A stretch of 37,779 nucleotides of DNA from a virus (lineage: Duplodnaviria; Heunggongvirae; Uroviricota; Caudoviricetes). The DNA lies in IMG/VR virus record IMGVR_UViG_3300042009_000020, positions 1 to 37,779 of that record; one strand, 5' to 3'. A program made the translations under genes and the position numbers. The stretch's first letter is position 1. Every line of letters begins with the position of its first letter. Under the pieces are notes generated by a model. It was not told where the DNA came from, did not search any database, and worked only from the letters and a program-made list of their open reading frames with translations. This document shows, piece after piece, positions 6,000-15,501 of the stretch.

Positions 6000-6567
6000 A
6001 GTTTGCGAGATTCAGAAGTGCGTCTCGGATTCGAATGTCTGTTTGGATTGCTGCGAGTGATTTGATCGATTGAGCCCTCATATCTTTAATAGCAACCGAT
6101 GCTTCTTCTTTTGTTTTAAACACCGCTGTAATGCGATTATTTGTTTCACCATAAAGAGGAACACTTGCCTGCCAGTTTCCATTTAGTGTAGGGTAGACAC
6201 CTCGAATACCACTACTTGATGGTCGTTGTGTTATAAATGAATTAACTTGACGACTAACGAACAAGCAAATGTCAGGAGAGTAATTCATATTTCCAATTAC
6301 AAGAAGGTCTTTATCCAACTGATTACCTTTCCAGTCCTGTGTTTCCATCCATTGCTTGAAATCACTGAACAAGTGCCATCTAGGATCGACACTACTACCA
6401 ACACGCTTACTGTCTTGCTTGTGGTAAGCTTTTGAGTAACAACGAGCTAGCATGTTCTTCCATTGTTTATAGTAAGGACAACGCCACACTTCCTTACCAT
6501 TGTCCTTGATTGAAACTTGATATGTTGAATCATTAATCCCCACACCATAAACCATCCTACTTTTCAT
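5998..6567 (-). CDS. HNH homing endonuclease with AP2-like C-terminus
   Basis: W..ML.RCY...W..F..F..W...LDKD.L..GN..YSP..C.FV...N pattern, then SSSGIRGVY...W.A. Confidence 0.85.
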   Translation of the reverse strand: MKSRMVYGVGINDSTYQVSIKDNGKEVWRCPYYKQWKNMLARCYSKAYHKQDSKRVGSSVDPRWHLFSDFKQWMETQDWKGNQLDKDLLVIGNMNYSPDICLFVSRQVNSFITQRPSSSGIRGVYPTLNGNWQASVPLYGETNNRITAVFKTKEEASVAIKDMRAQSIKSLAAIQTDIRIRDALLNLAN

Positions 6568-6782
6568 TTACCCTCCCTCATGTCTGCAATCATATTCAAC
6601 ATGCTTTCAGTCAATCGTTGTAACCGTAGCACTTCTGTTTCAGCTTTAGTCAATTGCTCTCTCATCAAACTAACAACAACAGCATGATCAGCATAATACA
6701 TGTAGTGTGCATCTTTATCGTTTGTCGATGGTTGTAGTGAGTTGTCATACCCACTTTGTCTGAACCGTTGTACGTCAGTCAT
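6564..6782 (-). CDS. hypothetical protein
   Basis: Coupled overlap with neighbours. Confidence 0.6.
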   Translation of the reverse strand: MTDVQRFRQSGYDNSLQPSTNDKDAHYMYYADHAVVVSLMREQLTKAETEVLRLQRLTESMLNMIADMREGK

Positions 6783-6952
6783 TATCTCTTCCCCAGCAAT
6801 TGTTTAATTTGAGCAAGGTCGTTTGCTTTGTCTTTTAGTAAGTATATCTGACCGATAGCATTTTGGATTGCCAACACTACGTCAGGTAACTCAGCAAGAC
6901 GGGCAATGTGAATAACCCTTGTCAACTCATGTTCCCACGGTTCACGATCCAT
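6782..6952 (-). CDS. hypothetical protein (56 aa)
   Basis: MDREPWEHELTRVIH...LLGKR; ATGA and TAATG couplings. Confidence 0.55.
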   Translation of the reverse strand: MDREPWEHELTRVIHIARLAELPDVVLAIQNAIGQIYLLKDKANDLAQIKQLLGKR

Positions 6953-7176
6953 CAGTACCACCGTGTATCTTCATGAACTATAAAGTTTGAATATTCAGGA
7001 TGATACTTATCAATGTATTCACGTAGTTCCTCTTCGTCTTCCATGATTGGTACACTGAAACTAGACATGTAAGCGTCTAACCGATTGTGAAAGATTTCAA
7101 CCGATGATTCGGAATCTGAACAGCAACCACAACTCTCTTCCCACGAATAATATTCATATTTGATTACGTATTGCAT
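6952..7176 (-). CDS. hypothetical acidic protein
   Basis: GGAG RBS; SCGCC motif. Confidence 0.65.
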   Translation of the reverse strand: MQYVIKYEYYSWEESCGCCSDSESSVEIFHNRLDAYMSSFSVPIMEDEEELREYIDKYHPEYSNFIVHEDTRWY

Positions 7177-7179
7177 ATC

Positions 7180-7464
7180 TCATTTACTCCTGTATGTACC
7201 AACATGGTATGTACGCATAGGTGGTGACGGTGGAACCTCACCCATCATTAATGCAGTTAGTGAGTCGCGTTCATAATCAATCATGTCGCTACAATGACTT
7301 ACTGAGCAACAGCATGATGAGCATGAATAACGATGGAAATTCCAATGGGGCCATTTGTAACCATTCTCTCTTCGAAACTCTTGATCACAGAAGTGACATG
7401 TCTTCCAAATGAACAAAGCATAGTGTGTACTCACTTCATGTACGTTTGTACGATGTCGTTTCAT
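7180..7464 (-). CDS. Cys-rich hypothetical protein
   Basis: CxxC (CHFC) plus CSSCCC; ATGA coupling. Confidence 0.6.
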   Translation of the reverse strand: MKRHRTNVHEVSTHYALFIWKTCHFCDQEFRRENGYKWPHWNFHRYSCSSCCCSVSHCSDMIDYERDSLTALMMGEVPPSPPMRTYHVGTYRSK

Positions 7465-7943
7465 GCAGGAATACCCGCATAAATTTCATTGAAGTGACCA
7501 CGGATAACCATCCGACGTAGTGCACTGTACATATAATCGCATTCAGCCTGCTTATTAGCATGAAATGGCTTGTCATGCCACCCGGTATTAGGTGGAAAAC
7601 CATGTACTTTATACACACGTTTACCGTCTGTTTCAAGCAATCCCCAACCTGTTGGAAGTTCATCAACTTTGATTAAGCCTCGTGGTGTCAGCATAAAACG
7701 CCAATTACCCATACCAAGCGAAGGATTTATCCTGAATTTCTTCTTCCTGTCAGCTAGGAAGTCTGAACGGCTTGTCTTGCATTCAATTAGACAGCTTACA
7801 CCATTACGAAAGCCAAGGCAATCGGGCATTTCACCACTATTGGTCTGTGCACGAAACTTATCGTGAAATATAACACCGAATGCATTTGCACGCAAGAATG
7901 TTTCAGCCTTTAGGCAAAGTGAGTCATGAGTTATAACATTCAT
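7461..7943 (-). CDS. PD-(D/E)XK nuclease-like protein (MmcB-like)
   Basis: MPDCLG...LIECKTSRSDFLAD motif. Confidence 0.65.
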   Translation of the reverse strand: MNVITHDSLCLKAETFLRANAFGVIFHDKFRAQTNSGEMPDCLGFRNGVSCLIECKTSRSDFLADRKKKFRINPSLGMGNWRFMLTPRGLIKVDELPTGWGLLETDGKRVYKVHGFPPNTGWHDKPFHANKQAECDYMYSALRRMVIRGHFNEIYAGIPA

Positions 7944-8242
7944 TTATTCAAACCCGGTCGGAAACGAGTCATGATGTACCATTTAGCCTTCGGGTCAATT
8001 ACCTCTGAAAAGATTGCATCAAACTGAATCCCAGCAATGTCATTAATTCGACTGTCATCCTCAAATGTGTAATACAACCACTTACAGTCATCTACTATGA
8101 TTTTCATTTCTGAAGGATTTACAGTTACTACACCATATTGACGTGCCAAGCTTTGGACATTTTGAGAATGTTTACGGAAGGCTTCGATCGTGTCATGTTT
8201 GTTATTGTAAAACATTCCAATGTTTTTCATGGTGTGCACCAC
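7940..8242 (-). CDS. hypothetical protein
   Basis: Co-oriented ORF; true start may be MKNIG at 8230. Confidence 0.6.
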   Translation of the reverse strand: MVHTMKNIGMFYNNKHDTIEAFRKHSQNVQSLARQYGVVTVNPSEMKIIVDDCKWLYYTFEDDSRINDIAGIQFDAIFSEVIDPKAKWYIMTRFRPGLNK

Positions 8243-8502
8243 TGACTACCACCGCAGTAGTTCTCACCTTCAAACATCTCACTGAGTTCACAGTCAGGTT
8301 GATAACTCTTACCACATGATCGACAAGTCATAGACCACCCACATTCACGAGCAACGTCGTTCATGAATTCAATCTGTTCAATAAATTGGTATTTCACATT
8401 TCTCTCATCGTATAACTTACCAACAAGATCAAACACAAGTTCACCTTGTGGTGCCAATGCTGCACCTTCAAGGAATGTTTGTATGTACTCTTCTCTTTTC
8501 AT
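8227..8502 (-). CDS. hypothetical protein with C-terminal Zn-ribbon-like motif
   Basis: CRSC...YCGGSQWC. Confidence 0.6.
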   Translation of the reverse strand: MKREEYIQTFLEGAALAPQGELVFDLVGKLYDERNVKYQFIEQIEFMNDVARECGWSMTCRSCGKSYQPDCELSEMFEGENYCGGSQWCTP

Positions 8503-8939
8503 TAAATACTCTCCAATTCAATTACTTTTCCTTCGCTGATGTCTACCCGTTGTGGTCCACAAGTGTGCTCTTGCCAAAACTTACCAACCAAGTGACGTAG
8601 TTCCTTGAACTCTTTACCCCACGGACCAGTGATTAACAATGTACGGCAACCATTACTCTTGGTAATCCGGTGATAGCTGTCTTTAGGAATGAATAACAAG
8701 CGCTTACGACTACGTTTCAGTGGAACAATCTGACCATAGTCAATAATCTCTTCCATGTAATCACCAGACAACAGAATACTAACCGCATTGAATGCATGAT
8801 TGTGGAATCGATCCTGATCACCAGTAGTTGGATGGAAATTGAACAACTTGATGCTGAAGAATCTCTTCCATTCAAGGATTGTCAACTCTGTAACTGACTG
8901 ATCACCAAGGTCAATCGTCTTTCGTTTCCAGAACGCCAT
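8502..8939 (-). CDS. cupin-fold protein
   Basis: RFHNHAF...LLSGDYMEE...YHRI cupin metal motifs. Confidence 0.65.
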   Translation of the reverse strand: MAFWKRKTIDLGDQSVTELTILEWKRFFSIKLFNFHPTTGDQDRFHNHAFNAVSILLSGDYMEEIIDYGQIVPLKRSRKRLLFIPKDSYHRITKSNGCRTLLITGPWGKEFKELRHLVGKFWQEHTCGPQRVDISEGKVIELESI

Positions 8940-9136
8940 TATTCAATCTCGATATTTATATGTTCTTCTAGGATTGACAACATGTGACTTTCACTCTCAC
9001 ATCGGCTAACATCAATACCGTGTGCACGACCAATCGTCAACAGATGATCACCAACGAACTTCGAAACACTCAAATACTCTCCGTTGCGATACAGACTAAA
9101 TACAGTACATGCGTCGTCCAGCTTAATTAGATACAT
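8939..9136 (-). CDS. hypothetical protein
   Basis: Start moved to MYLIK (9136) to limit overlap. Confidence 0.5.
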   Translation of the reverse strand: MYLIKLDDACTVFSLYRNGEYLSVSKFVGDHLLTIGRAHGIDVSRCESESHMLSILEEHINIEIE

Positions 9137-9299
9137 TATCTTCCTCAATTTGTGTTCCCCAGACAGACATGGCATCATCCAAGGTGTGGTGGTAAATGTT
9201 AGCGTGACGTTGATAGGTTAGATGTTTACGAATCTCTTCGTTCATCGGTGCATCACGCCAGAATTTTAGTTCATTATTGAAGCATTCAGGACATGTCAC
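9123..9299 (-). CDS. hypothetical protein
   Basis: GTG start coupled to upstream TGA; CPEC motif. Confidence 0.5.
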   Translation of the reverse strand: MTCPECFNNELKFWRDAPMNEEIRKHLTYQRHANIYHHTLDDAMSVWGTQIEEDNVSN

Positions 9300-9526
9300 C
9301 GACGACTCTTGATTTTGATCAAAGTGTAGACAGACATATAGGTAGTGTATGCAAAGAAAGTGAGCACAGCACCTATACAAAATAAGACCATAAAGTCTGT
9401 GAAATTAACGAACATAAACACCACAAACCATATAGCAAAGAGCACTCCAACAATCCAACCAACAGTTTTAAGGTGTAGGATTTGATTTGGCGTCAGTTTA
9501 TTGTACAGTGATTTCAGTTTTTCCAC
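9296..9526 (-). CDS. membrane protein, two TM helices
   Basis: Two hydrophobic stretches and a basic C-terminal tail. Confidence 0.65.
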   Translation of the reverse strand: MEKLKSLYNKLTPNQILHLKTVGWIVGVLFAIWFVVFMFVNFTDFMVLFCIGAVLTFFAYTTYMSVYTLIKIKSRR

Positions 9527-10038
9527 GGTTTACTCTCCATTATGTATTGTAGTTCTTCAAGTGTATACTCGTCCAAGTCTACGTGAGACTGAAACCCATG
9601 TCCAGCAATCTTTGGCATCCAACTACCGGCTTTATCACCATCGCCAATCCCAATAAGGTTGTATGGGAGCGTGTGCAACCAACTTTTCATTGGTACAGGG
9701 TTACATGTTAGCAGAGCTAGAGCATTATGTCCAAGCATATGCAACGCACTCGCTTTGAAGATCCCTTCAACAATGTATAGGTCTTTTTTATGTGTGTCAA
9801 GCGTTTCCAATCCCCAACAGGCCGAAACACCACGTTGACTGTATGTGAAATAACGTCCTTCTGTTGCATTGTTTACCCTCTTCTCTTTCACAAGTGGTCT
9901 GTACTGTTGAAAGCCAACGAATTGACCAGCAAGGTTGGTAAGATACACGGTGAGGACGTTGTTGTCAACATCCAACACCTGATTTACATACCGACTTGGA
10001 TCATAATGACGTGTCAGTAGATGCTTAATTAGATTCAA
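9514..10038 (-). CDS. TOPRIM-domain (primase-like) protein
   Basis: LYIVEGIFKA (TOPRIM Glu motif) and IGDGDKAG (DxD). Confidence 0.7.
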   Translation of the reverse strand: MNLIKHLLTRHYDPSRYVNQVLDVDNNVLTVYLTNLAGQFVGFQQYRPLVKEKRVNNATEGRYFTYSQRGVSACWGLETLDTHKKDLYIVEGIFKASALHMLGHNALALLTCNPVPMKSWLHTLPYNLIGIGDGDKAGSWMPKIAGHGFQSHVDLDEYTLEELQYIMESKPWKN

Positions 10039-10421
10039 TCGTATCCATTCCTTATGTTAAAGTGCCTAAGTAGAATGTCACTCATCTCAGCAAACAACTT
10101 TGGACTACTCCCCGGCATGTTAGCCATCCCCGTCCCAATCCCATTCGTTGGGAAAACGATTGTACGATTCTTTCCAAGTACATAAAGTTCACGAAGTGCC
10201 TTCAAAACATGCTCACGCTCGCATTGTCTATCGGTAAAGAATGATCCAGCTTCCATTGATGGGTATCGTTTAGTTGGAATACCAAATGCATTGGGTTCTT
10301 TTCGGATACACGCTTGCCCAGCTGTACCGTATCCAGCGAGGTTATCACCAAATACAAATACATAGCCGGGAAATTCGTGACACTTACGAACCGTTAAGTC
10401 GTTAGTGTATTCGATGTTCAT
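10035..10421 (-). CDS. phage protein with FVFGDN motif (possibly macro-domain-like)
   Basis: FVFGDNLAGYGTAGQA...GIPTK...FPTNGIGTG; fold assignment uncertain. Confidence 0.5.
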   Translation of the reverse strand: MNIEYTNDLTVRKCHEFPGYVFVFGDNLAGYGTAGQACIRKEPNAFGIPTKRYPSMEAGSFFTDRQCEREHVLKALRELYVLGKNRTIVFPTNGIGTGMANMPGSSPKLFAEMSDILLRHFNIRNGYD

Positions 10422-10594
10422 TGTTCTTCTGTAACCTTACCACTTGAACGAACATAAGCCTCATGCCACGATTCATAGTGGAGTGCTGCGATTTGCTCAT
10501 CTGTCAGTTTTGAAATGTCACGAACTACTCGCTTAAACAGATTGAACACATTACGGTCTTGACCTAATGGTTGTATATGTTTGAACTTACTCAT
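10418..10594 (-). CDS. hypothetical protein (58 aa)
   Basis: MSKFKHIQPLGQDR...; coupled at both ends, absent from track. Confidence 0.55.
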   Translation of the reverse strand: MSKFKHIQPLGQDRNVFNLFKRVVRDISKLTDEQIAALHYESWHEAYVRSSGKVTEEQ

Positions 10595-10791
10595 CGCATA
10601 CCCTCACTACCTGTAAAATGTAATTGCCAACCAATGGCTTCAACACCATTAAATATTCGCTTGATTGCAAGTTCATCTGGTTTAACAAACCTGCAATAAG
10701 CAAGTGCTGCATCAAGATCCTTGAACATCTGATCCTTCACAGTTGGACTTTGTACTTCACCTTCTAAAACTACAGTCTGTTCATCACCCAT
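10591..10791 (-). CDS. hypothetical protein
   Basis: Co-oriented ORF. Confidence 0.5.
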   Translation of the reverse strand: MGDEQTVVLEGEVQSPTVKDQMFKDLDAALAYCRFVKPDELAIKRIFNGVEAIGWQLHFTGSEGMR

Positions 10792-11507
10792 TTCTCATTA
10801 ATCTCCACCAAATTGACTTTATCGTTAAAGAAACTACCACCATCGATAAACACCATGTTGCCGTACTGCTCAACATCACCGCTATTAGTTGGAGTATGAC
10901 CAACTAGAACAAGGTCAACACCTTTCACATCACCTTGATACTTCGTAGAGTACCAACTGCGAGCCCATTGTGCTGTAGCCATACCATCCCACTCAAGTTC
11001 AGCCTTACTGATGTTCAACCACTTGTTCCAATCATTGTACGGGACTTCGGCGTGGATCATACCTAGTTTATGACCAGAAGGCAACAACAATTCCATACCA
11101 AGTGGCATATTGCTGAACGCTTCATGAATCAGTATCTTATCAAGGTCAGTCAATCCACTATTCCAAATCCAATCACCACCGTGTGCCTTCAATGTCAGTA
11201 CACTTCGGTTGTTTGGATGCCAGTGAGCTTCAAACCCATCAATGTACATACGCTCGTGGTTGCCTTGCAGACTACCAATCCAAGGTTCGTTGACGTAATC
11301 CAGAACATAACGACTGTCCGGTCCTCGGTCTGTCCAATCTCCGATAACGAACAACAAGTCTGTTTGTGAGTTAAACCCAACTTCGTTGAGAGCTTCATGC
11401 AACAGATCATAGTGACCGTGCAAGTCGCTGACTGCGAATATGCGACCTTTGAAGTTTCTCAAGTCGTATTGAGCTACATGATTACACGATCCTATAAGTT
11501 TACACAT
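10770..11507 (-). CDS. Ser/Thr protein phosphatase-type metallophosphoesterase (NinI/PphA-like)
   Basis: DLHG, GDWTDRG, GNHE, HA, GHT motifs. Confidence 0.9.
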   Translation of the reverse strand: MCKLIGSCNHVAQYDLRNFKGRIFAVSDLHGHYDLLHEALNEVGFNSQTDLLFVIGDWTDRGPDSRYVLDYVNEPWIGSLQGNHERMYIDGFEAHWHPNNRSVLTLKAHGGDWIWNSGLTDLDKILIHEAFSNMPLGMELLLPSGHKLGMIHAEVPYNDWNKWLNISKAELEWDGMATAQWARSWYSTKYQGDVKGVDLVLVGHTPTNSGDVEQYGNMVFIDGGSFFNDKVNLVEINEKWVMNRL

Positions 11508-11518
11508 GTTATCTCCTA

Positions 11519-12136
11519 TCAGTTAGTTACATCAAACTCTTCGTATACAACCCAACCACCTTCGGTTTCTGGTCCTACATTGTCGATCACATAAGCACCA
11601 GCTTTAAAGTAGAAGGGATAAACGTTCCATCCGCTGTCTACATCGAGCCCATAGTACGATTCATTAATTGTAACATGTAGAACACCATCACTCCCCATTA
11701 CAAGACTGTATTCAAAGGCTTCACCAAGTGCACATGGAACAGACAATACTTTGGTTGTCGGACTAGTGGGTGTAACTCTCAAATCAACCCGTGCAACTCC
11801 GTTCCACCATGTAACCATTAAGAAGGGGTTAGGTGCTTTACTCGCATGAATTTGACCAACAATCACTTTACCACTACTTGGTGCCAATTCAACTCGCACC
11901 TTAGCAAACATTGCATGTAGATAACCATCGGCTGTCCAATTGTACGGTTCACTTGACTCGGGAAGTGTCTGACGACTCTCTGTGCGTGGACTACTACTTG
12001 AACCAGATGTATCACCTTGTACAGAACACCAGTAGTTGGTGTGTCCTTTAGGATCTATCCACACTAAATCAGATGGTGGCTTCTCTGGATACAAATAAAC
12101 TTTCCCATGTGCTGTTATGTTGCCGAAAATGTACAT
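11519..12136 (-). CDS. polysaccharide lyase family 7 (alginate lyase-like)
   Basis: PRTESR, GQIH, YFKAGAY match PL7 motifs RxELR, Q(I/V)H, YFKAGxY. Confidence 0.8.
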   Translation of the reverse strand: MYIFGNITAHGKVYLYPEKPPSDLVWIDPKGHTNYWCSVQGDTSGSSSSPRTESRQTLPESSEPYNWTADGYLHAMFAKVRVELAPSSGKVIVGQIHASKAPNPFLMVTWWNGVARVDLRVTPTSPTTKVLSVPCALGEAFEYSLVMGSDGVLHVTINESYYGLDVDSGWNVYPFYFKAGAYVIDNVGPETEGGWVVYEEFDVTN

Positions 12137-12144
12137 TATTTACC

Positions 12145-12675
12145 TCATACATACTGATTGATTATTTCCATGATTTGTTCTGGTGTATGATTGACATCAA
12201 TACCGTTTTCAAACCTCATCTTGTAACCACGCGGCCAAAGTCCTGTACAATCAATGTCGAGTTTGGCTGCTGCAATCAATCCAGCAAGGTCAGCACCAGT
12301 CTGACCTCCACTTACAACATGATCCAACTTCCAGTGTTGGTGTACTTGGTTTAGGATTCCATACACCATATGGTTAACACCTTGTTGAGTGAATCCATGT
12401 TTGGTATACGTGTAGATACCATTACCTGCTACGTTCACAACCCGACAATCTGACTCTTTCAGCTTCTTGTACAACTCACGCGCTGATCGAATCCAGTCAG
12501 TTGCAAAGTTCTTAGCATCACAATGAATTATACCATTCTTTTCTGCTGCTTTGGTAGTTAATTTCTCACCAGCGGTGGAAAAGTCCACCGCAATAGCAAG
12601 AGTTACACCCTGAGCGGCGTTGTGATACGTTCTGGGAGCGTATGACGAACTACTGTGCTCACGGATATTAATCAT
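12145..12675 (-). CDS. SLOG-fold nucleotide-binding protein (cpYpsA/MoCo-carrier-like)
   Basis: YAPRT..N, NVAG and VVSGGQTGADLAG motifs; start moved to MINIRE (12675). Confidence 0.65.
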   Translation of the reverse strand: MINIREHSSSSYAPRTYHNAAQGVTLAIAVDFSTAGEKLTTKAAEKNGIIHCDAKNFATDWIRSARELYKKLKESDCRVVNVAGNGIYTYTKHGFTQQGVNHMVYGILNQVHQHWKLDHVVSGGQTGADLAGLIAAAKLDIDCTGLWPRGYKMRFENGIDVNHTPEQIMEIINQYV

Positions 12676-13912
12676 ATGGAATGAACGTCCCTTCGACCAG
12701 ATAACCATCACGAATGTACTGACCAACAGGGAACTGTGGAAGCAGAGTTCCCTTATATCGAGTCTGGAACTTAACGTTCAACCATTTACCTTTTAGTGTT
12801 CCCTTTTGCAACAGGAATGCTTTACGCTCACCCATGTCACCCATTACACAAGTGAACTGGTTGTCGTTCAAGTTGTTCTTCAACACGAATACAGCATTGC
12901 CTTGTTTGTCTTCAATGATATCCAGAATCAGAAACTCTTCGTCAATGAATGTCTTGAACTTTTGAAGATCACCACTGCGTTTACCACTTTCGTAAACACC
13001 CTTTTTGTTACGAAGCATGTAACCTTCGAAGCCGTCACTGATCGCCCGAGGGTGATAAACTGCACGAAGTGAGTAATCACTAGTTATAATATCATAGTAG
13101 GTCAGGAAAATGAATTCACTGATATCCTTTCGCTCAGCATGAACTACATCCATTGCACGCAAGCGTGTTTCAAAATCACCATCCATTGGAATGTCGAATA
13201 TGTGAAATTGCAATTGTGGACGAATACGATGAATCAACTCAGCATTTTCAAGCTCTTCAGCCAGAGCAGGGTTCTCAATTCTATCCTTAGTTGGGCGACG
13301 GTATTCAGGTCCACGCTTTGCAATTTCACGGGTTACTTTGTCAATCTCTTTCTGCGTGTCGGTTCGTTTAGTTGCGGACGTGATGTCTTGCAAAGCATAG
13401 TTGTGCAGATAAATCTCACCATCAAAGATTTCACTGTCATGCATGAACTCATTCAATGCTTCCTCAAGATGAGGGACACTATAATGTTGACCAGTACGCG
13501 AGATGAGGAAGACCTGACCGGCGTGCTTAGTTGCAATACAACGAACACCATCATACTTCACAGAGCCGTAGCACGGGAATTCAATACGACCACCAACTTT
13601 GTTATAGTCAGACGCTAGCATTGGAAGTAGTGGAACGTCGGTCAACTCTTCTTTCGTTGGTCGATAGTTTTTATCCAACTGTTTTTTAATTCGACCTTCT
13701 GCTTGATTCACGGCTTGTTCGTAAGCATTCCGGCCTTGTTTGCCTTCTTTTACAATTTCACGCTTTACTGTTTTCTTACCGTTCTCTTTACCGTGCGTTA
13801 TAATAATTTCAGGATACCATACAACACAGTCATGTTCGCAATCAATAACTTCAATAGACCAAACCTTTACATCACCATTCTTTTCCAACCCAAACAGGTT
13901 CTTCTCAAACAT
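12668..13912 (-). CDS. lig: ATP-dependent DNA ligase
   Basis: PMLA, KYDGVR, DGEIY, EGYMLR, KRS..LQKFK motifs. Confidence 0.92.
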   Translation of the reverse strand: MFEKNLFGLEKNGDVKVWSIEVIDCEHDCVVWYPEIIITHGKENGKKTVKREIVKEGKQGRNAYEQAVNQAEGRIKKQLDKNYRPTKEELTDVPLLPMLASDYNKVGGRIEFPCYGSVKYDGVRCIATKHAGQVFLISRTGQHYSVPHLEEALNEFMHDSEIFDGEIYLHNYALQDITSATKRTDTQKEIDKVTREIAKRGPEYRRPTKDRIENPALAEELENAELIHRIRPQLQFHIFDIPMDGDFETRLRAMDVVHAERKDISEFIFLTYYDIITSDYSLRAVYHPRAISDGFEGYMLRNKKGVYESGKRSGDLQKFKTFIDEEFLILDIIEDKQGNAVFVLKNNLNDNQFTCVMGDMGERKAFLLQKGTLKGKWLNVKFQTRYKGTLLPQFPVGQYIRDGYLVEGTFIPYD

Positions 13913-13925
13913 AATTCTCTCCTAA

Positions 13926-14108
13926 TTATTCAACCACTTCGGAACTAACGAGTTCAGCACCTTCAAGAGTTTTTACTAACTCACGAGCACCCTCAATTGT
14001 ATCCCTTACGGTAATGTTAACCCAACGTGAACTCAGTGACATTTTATCAACAGTGAAGTCTACATTCCCGTTTTTATATGTGTTACGAACGATCCGATAG
14101 TTACTCAC
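13926..14108 (-). CDS. hypothetical protein
   Basis: Co-oriented small ORF. Confidence 0.55.
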   Translation of the reverse strand: MSNYRIVRNTYKNGNVDFTVDKMSLSSRWVNITVRDTIEGARELVKTLEGAELVSSEVVE

Positions 14109-14302
14109 GCAATCACCTTGTAATCAAAAGTACCAGAGAATACAGCCTTACTGTATCCATACTCAACCTCAACAACCGGGATAGATCGAATATACGCAGA
14201 GTTACACTTACCTTCAAAACCTTCAGTATGGATCAGTTCACCACTCTTGTTATAGATCAAGACAGTTGCGTCACCATGTAGTTTATCAACTAGAATCTTC
14301 AT
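14105..14302 (-). CDS. hypothetical protein
   Basis: ATGA coupling. Confidence 0.55.
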   Translation of the reverse strand: MKILVDKLHGDATVLIYNKSGELIHTEGFEGKCNSAYIRSIPVVEVEYGYSKAVFSGTFDYKVIA

Positions 14303-14724
14303 GCGTCATCTCCATAATCGTATTTAACAACAGGTATACCTTTTTCACGTAGATACTTGAGTCCATCATCGCACCGATAATCATATTTGTAAATGACTTT
14401 TTCAACACCTGATTCATATATCTCAATTGCACACGGAAGGCAACAAGCGTGACTTACGATAAGTGTTGAACCAACACTCGTTTCACTGGATCGTCTTAGT
14501 TTATCAAGCGCAGCAATTTCAGCATGGCGAACTTCTGGTGTGGTATTTCCTTTTTCATCTTCACACTTATTTGTCTTCCAGCCAGCACGAGTACCATTTA
14601 CACCTAACGCGATAATGTTACCATCCTTTATCAACATGGCACCAACCTTAAGTCGCTCAGCCTCACTTGTCTGAGCAAACCGAAGTGTCATATCTACAAA
14701 AGCATCTAGATATTTATGTTTCAT
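14299..14724 (-). CDS. dCMP deaminase
   Basis: HAE and CCLPC zinc motifs, KVGA, GVNG. Confidence 0.88.
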   Translation of the reverse strand: MKHKYLDAFVDMTLRFAQTSEAERLKVGAMLIKDGNIIALGVNGTRAGWKTNKCEDEKGNTTPEVRHAEIAALDKLRRSSETSVGSTLIVSHACCLPCAIEIYESGVEKVIYKYDYRCDDGLKYLREKGIPVVKYDYGDDA

Positions 14725-14726
14725 GA

Positions 14727-15182
14727 TCAGAAACCGTATTGACGTTTATCGCGTTTACTCATGAACTTAACATTATGATCATGAACCATAAAACCTTTCT
14801 TGCGGGAGTAGTTGGCTTTCACGGTTTCAACAATCTTGCAAGTACCAGCAAAGATCGAAATAATTTCGTCAACATTATCTTGGTCGGCAACAAACTTTGC
14901 AAACTCTTCGTATGGTGTGAACTTCAATTTGGCATAGTTCTCTTCAGCCATTTCGTTGTGCATACGAATTGCAGAGTTTACCGAAATGCGAGCTTTACCA
15001 ACTCGGTAGAACTTTGGTTGGAAGAAACCACACAGTAGCTCATCACCATCATTGTTCAGTTTATAAGTTGGCTCATAACCAAGTGCAGCAGCAAAGTTGA
15101 CCAGAGATTCTTCTTGAATTGTAGATGTGTCTACCGGTTTGAAATCCATTTCAGGTTTAACGTTTTCCAGATTAACGCTCAT
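14727..15182 (-). CDS. hypothetical protein
   Basis: Start at MSVNLE (15182) with AAGGAG RBS. Confidence 0.7.
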   Translation of the reverse strand: MSVNLENVKPEMDFKPVDTSTIQEESLVNFAAALGYEPTYKLNNDGDELLCGFFQPKFYRVGKARISVNSAIRMHNEMAEENYAKLKFTPYEEFAKFVADQDNVDEIISIFAGTCKIVETVKANYSRKKGFMVHDHNVKFMSKRDKRQYGF

Positions 15183-15501
15183 TTGTTTTCTCCTTGTTAA
15201 GATCATTGATTACGGTCATGTAGTTGTAATAACCGATTTCAGATATTACTTGATTGTGAGTATCTTTGCAACTGTTGCCACGAAGAATTGTGTAAGCATT
15301 AGCTTTAGCCTCATGAATCTTTTTCTCTGCTTTTGTTTCATCTCGATAAGTTACAACATACTCTTCTGTGTCATGACCTGAGCATTCATACTCAGCATCT
15401 CGCCCATATTGTATGGTGAGTTCTTCAGCATAGTCGAGAAGCTCACCGATTGTTCTAACAGAAAGCATACCAAATTGAACGTTGTGTACTTTAACTTTCA
15501 T
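15172..15501 (-). CDS. hypothetical protein
   Basis: Co-oriented ORF. Confidence 0.6.
   Translation of the reverse strand: MKVKVHNVQFGMLSVRTIGELLDYAEELTIQYGRDAEYECSGHDTEEYVVTYRDETKAEKKIHEAKANAYTILRGNSCKDTHNQVISEIGYYNYMTVINDLNKEKTNER

Noticed and set aside
11801-11807. Half-parS GTTCCAC here and at a few other coding positions
   Set aside because: Seven-mers inside coding sequence are compatible with chance.
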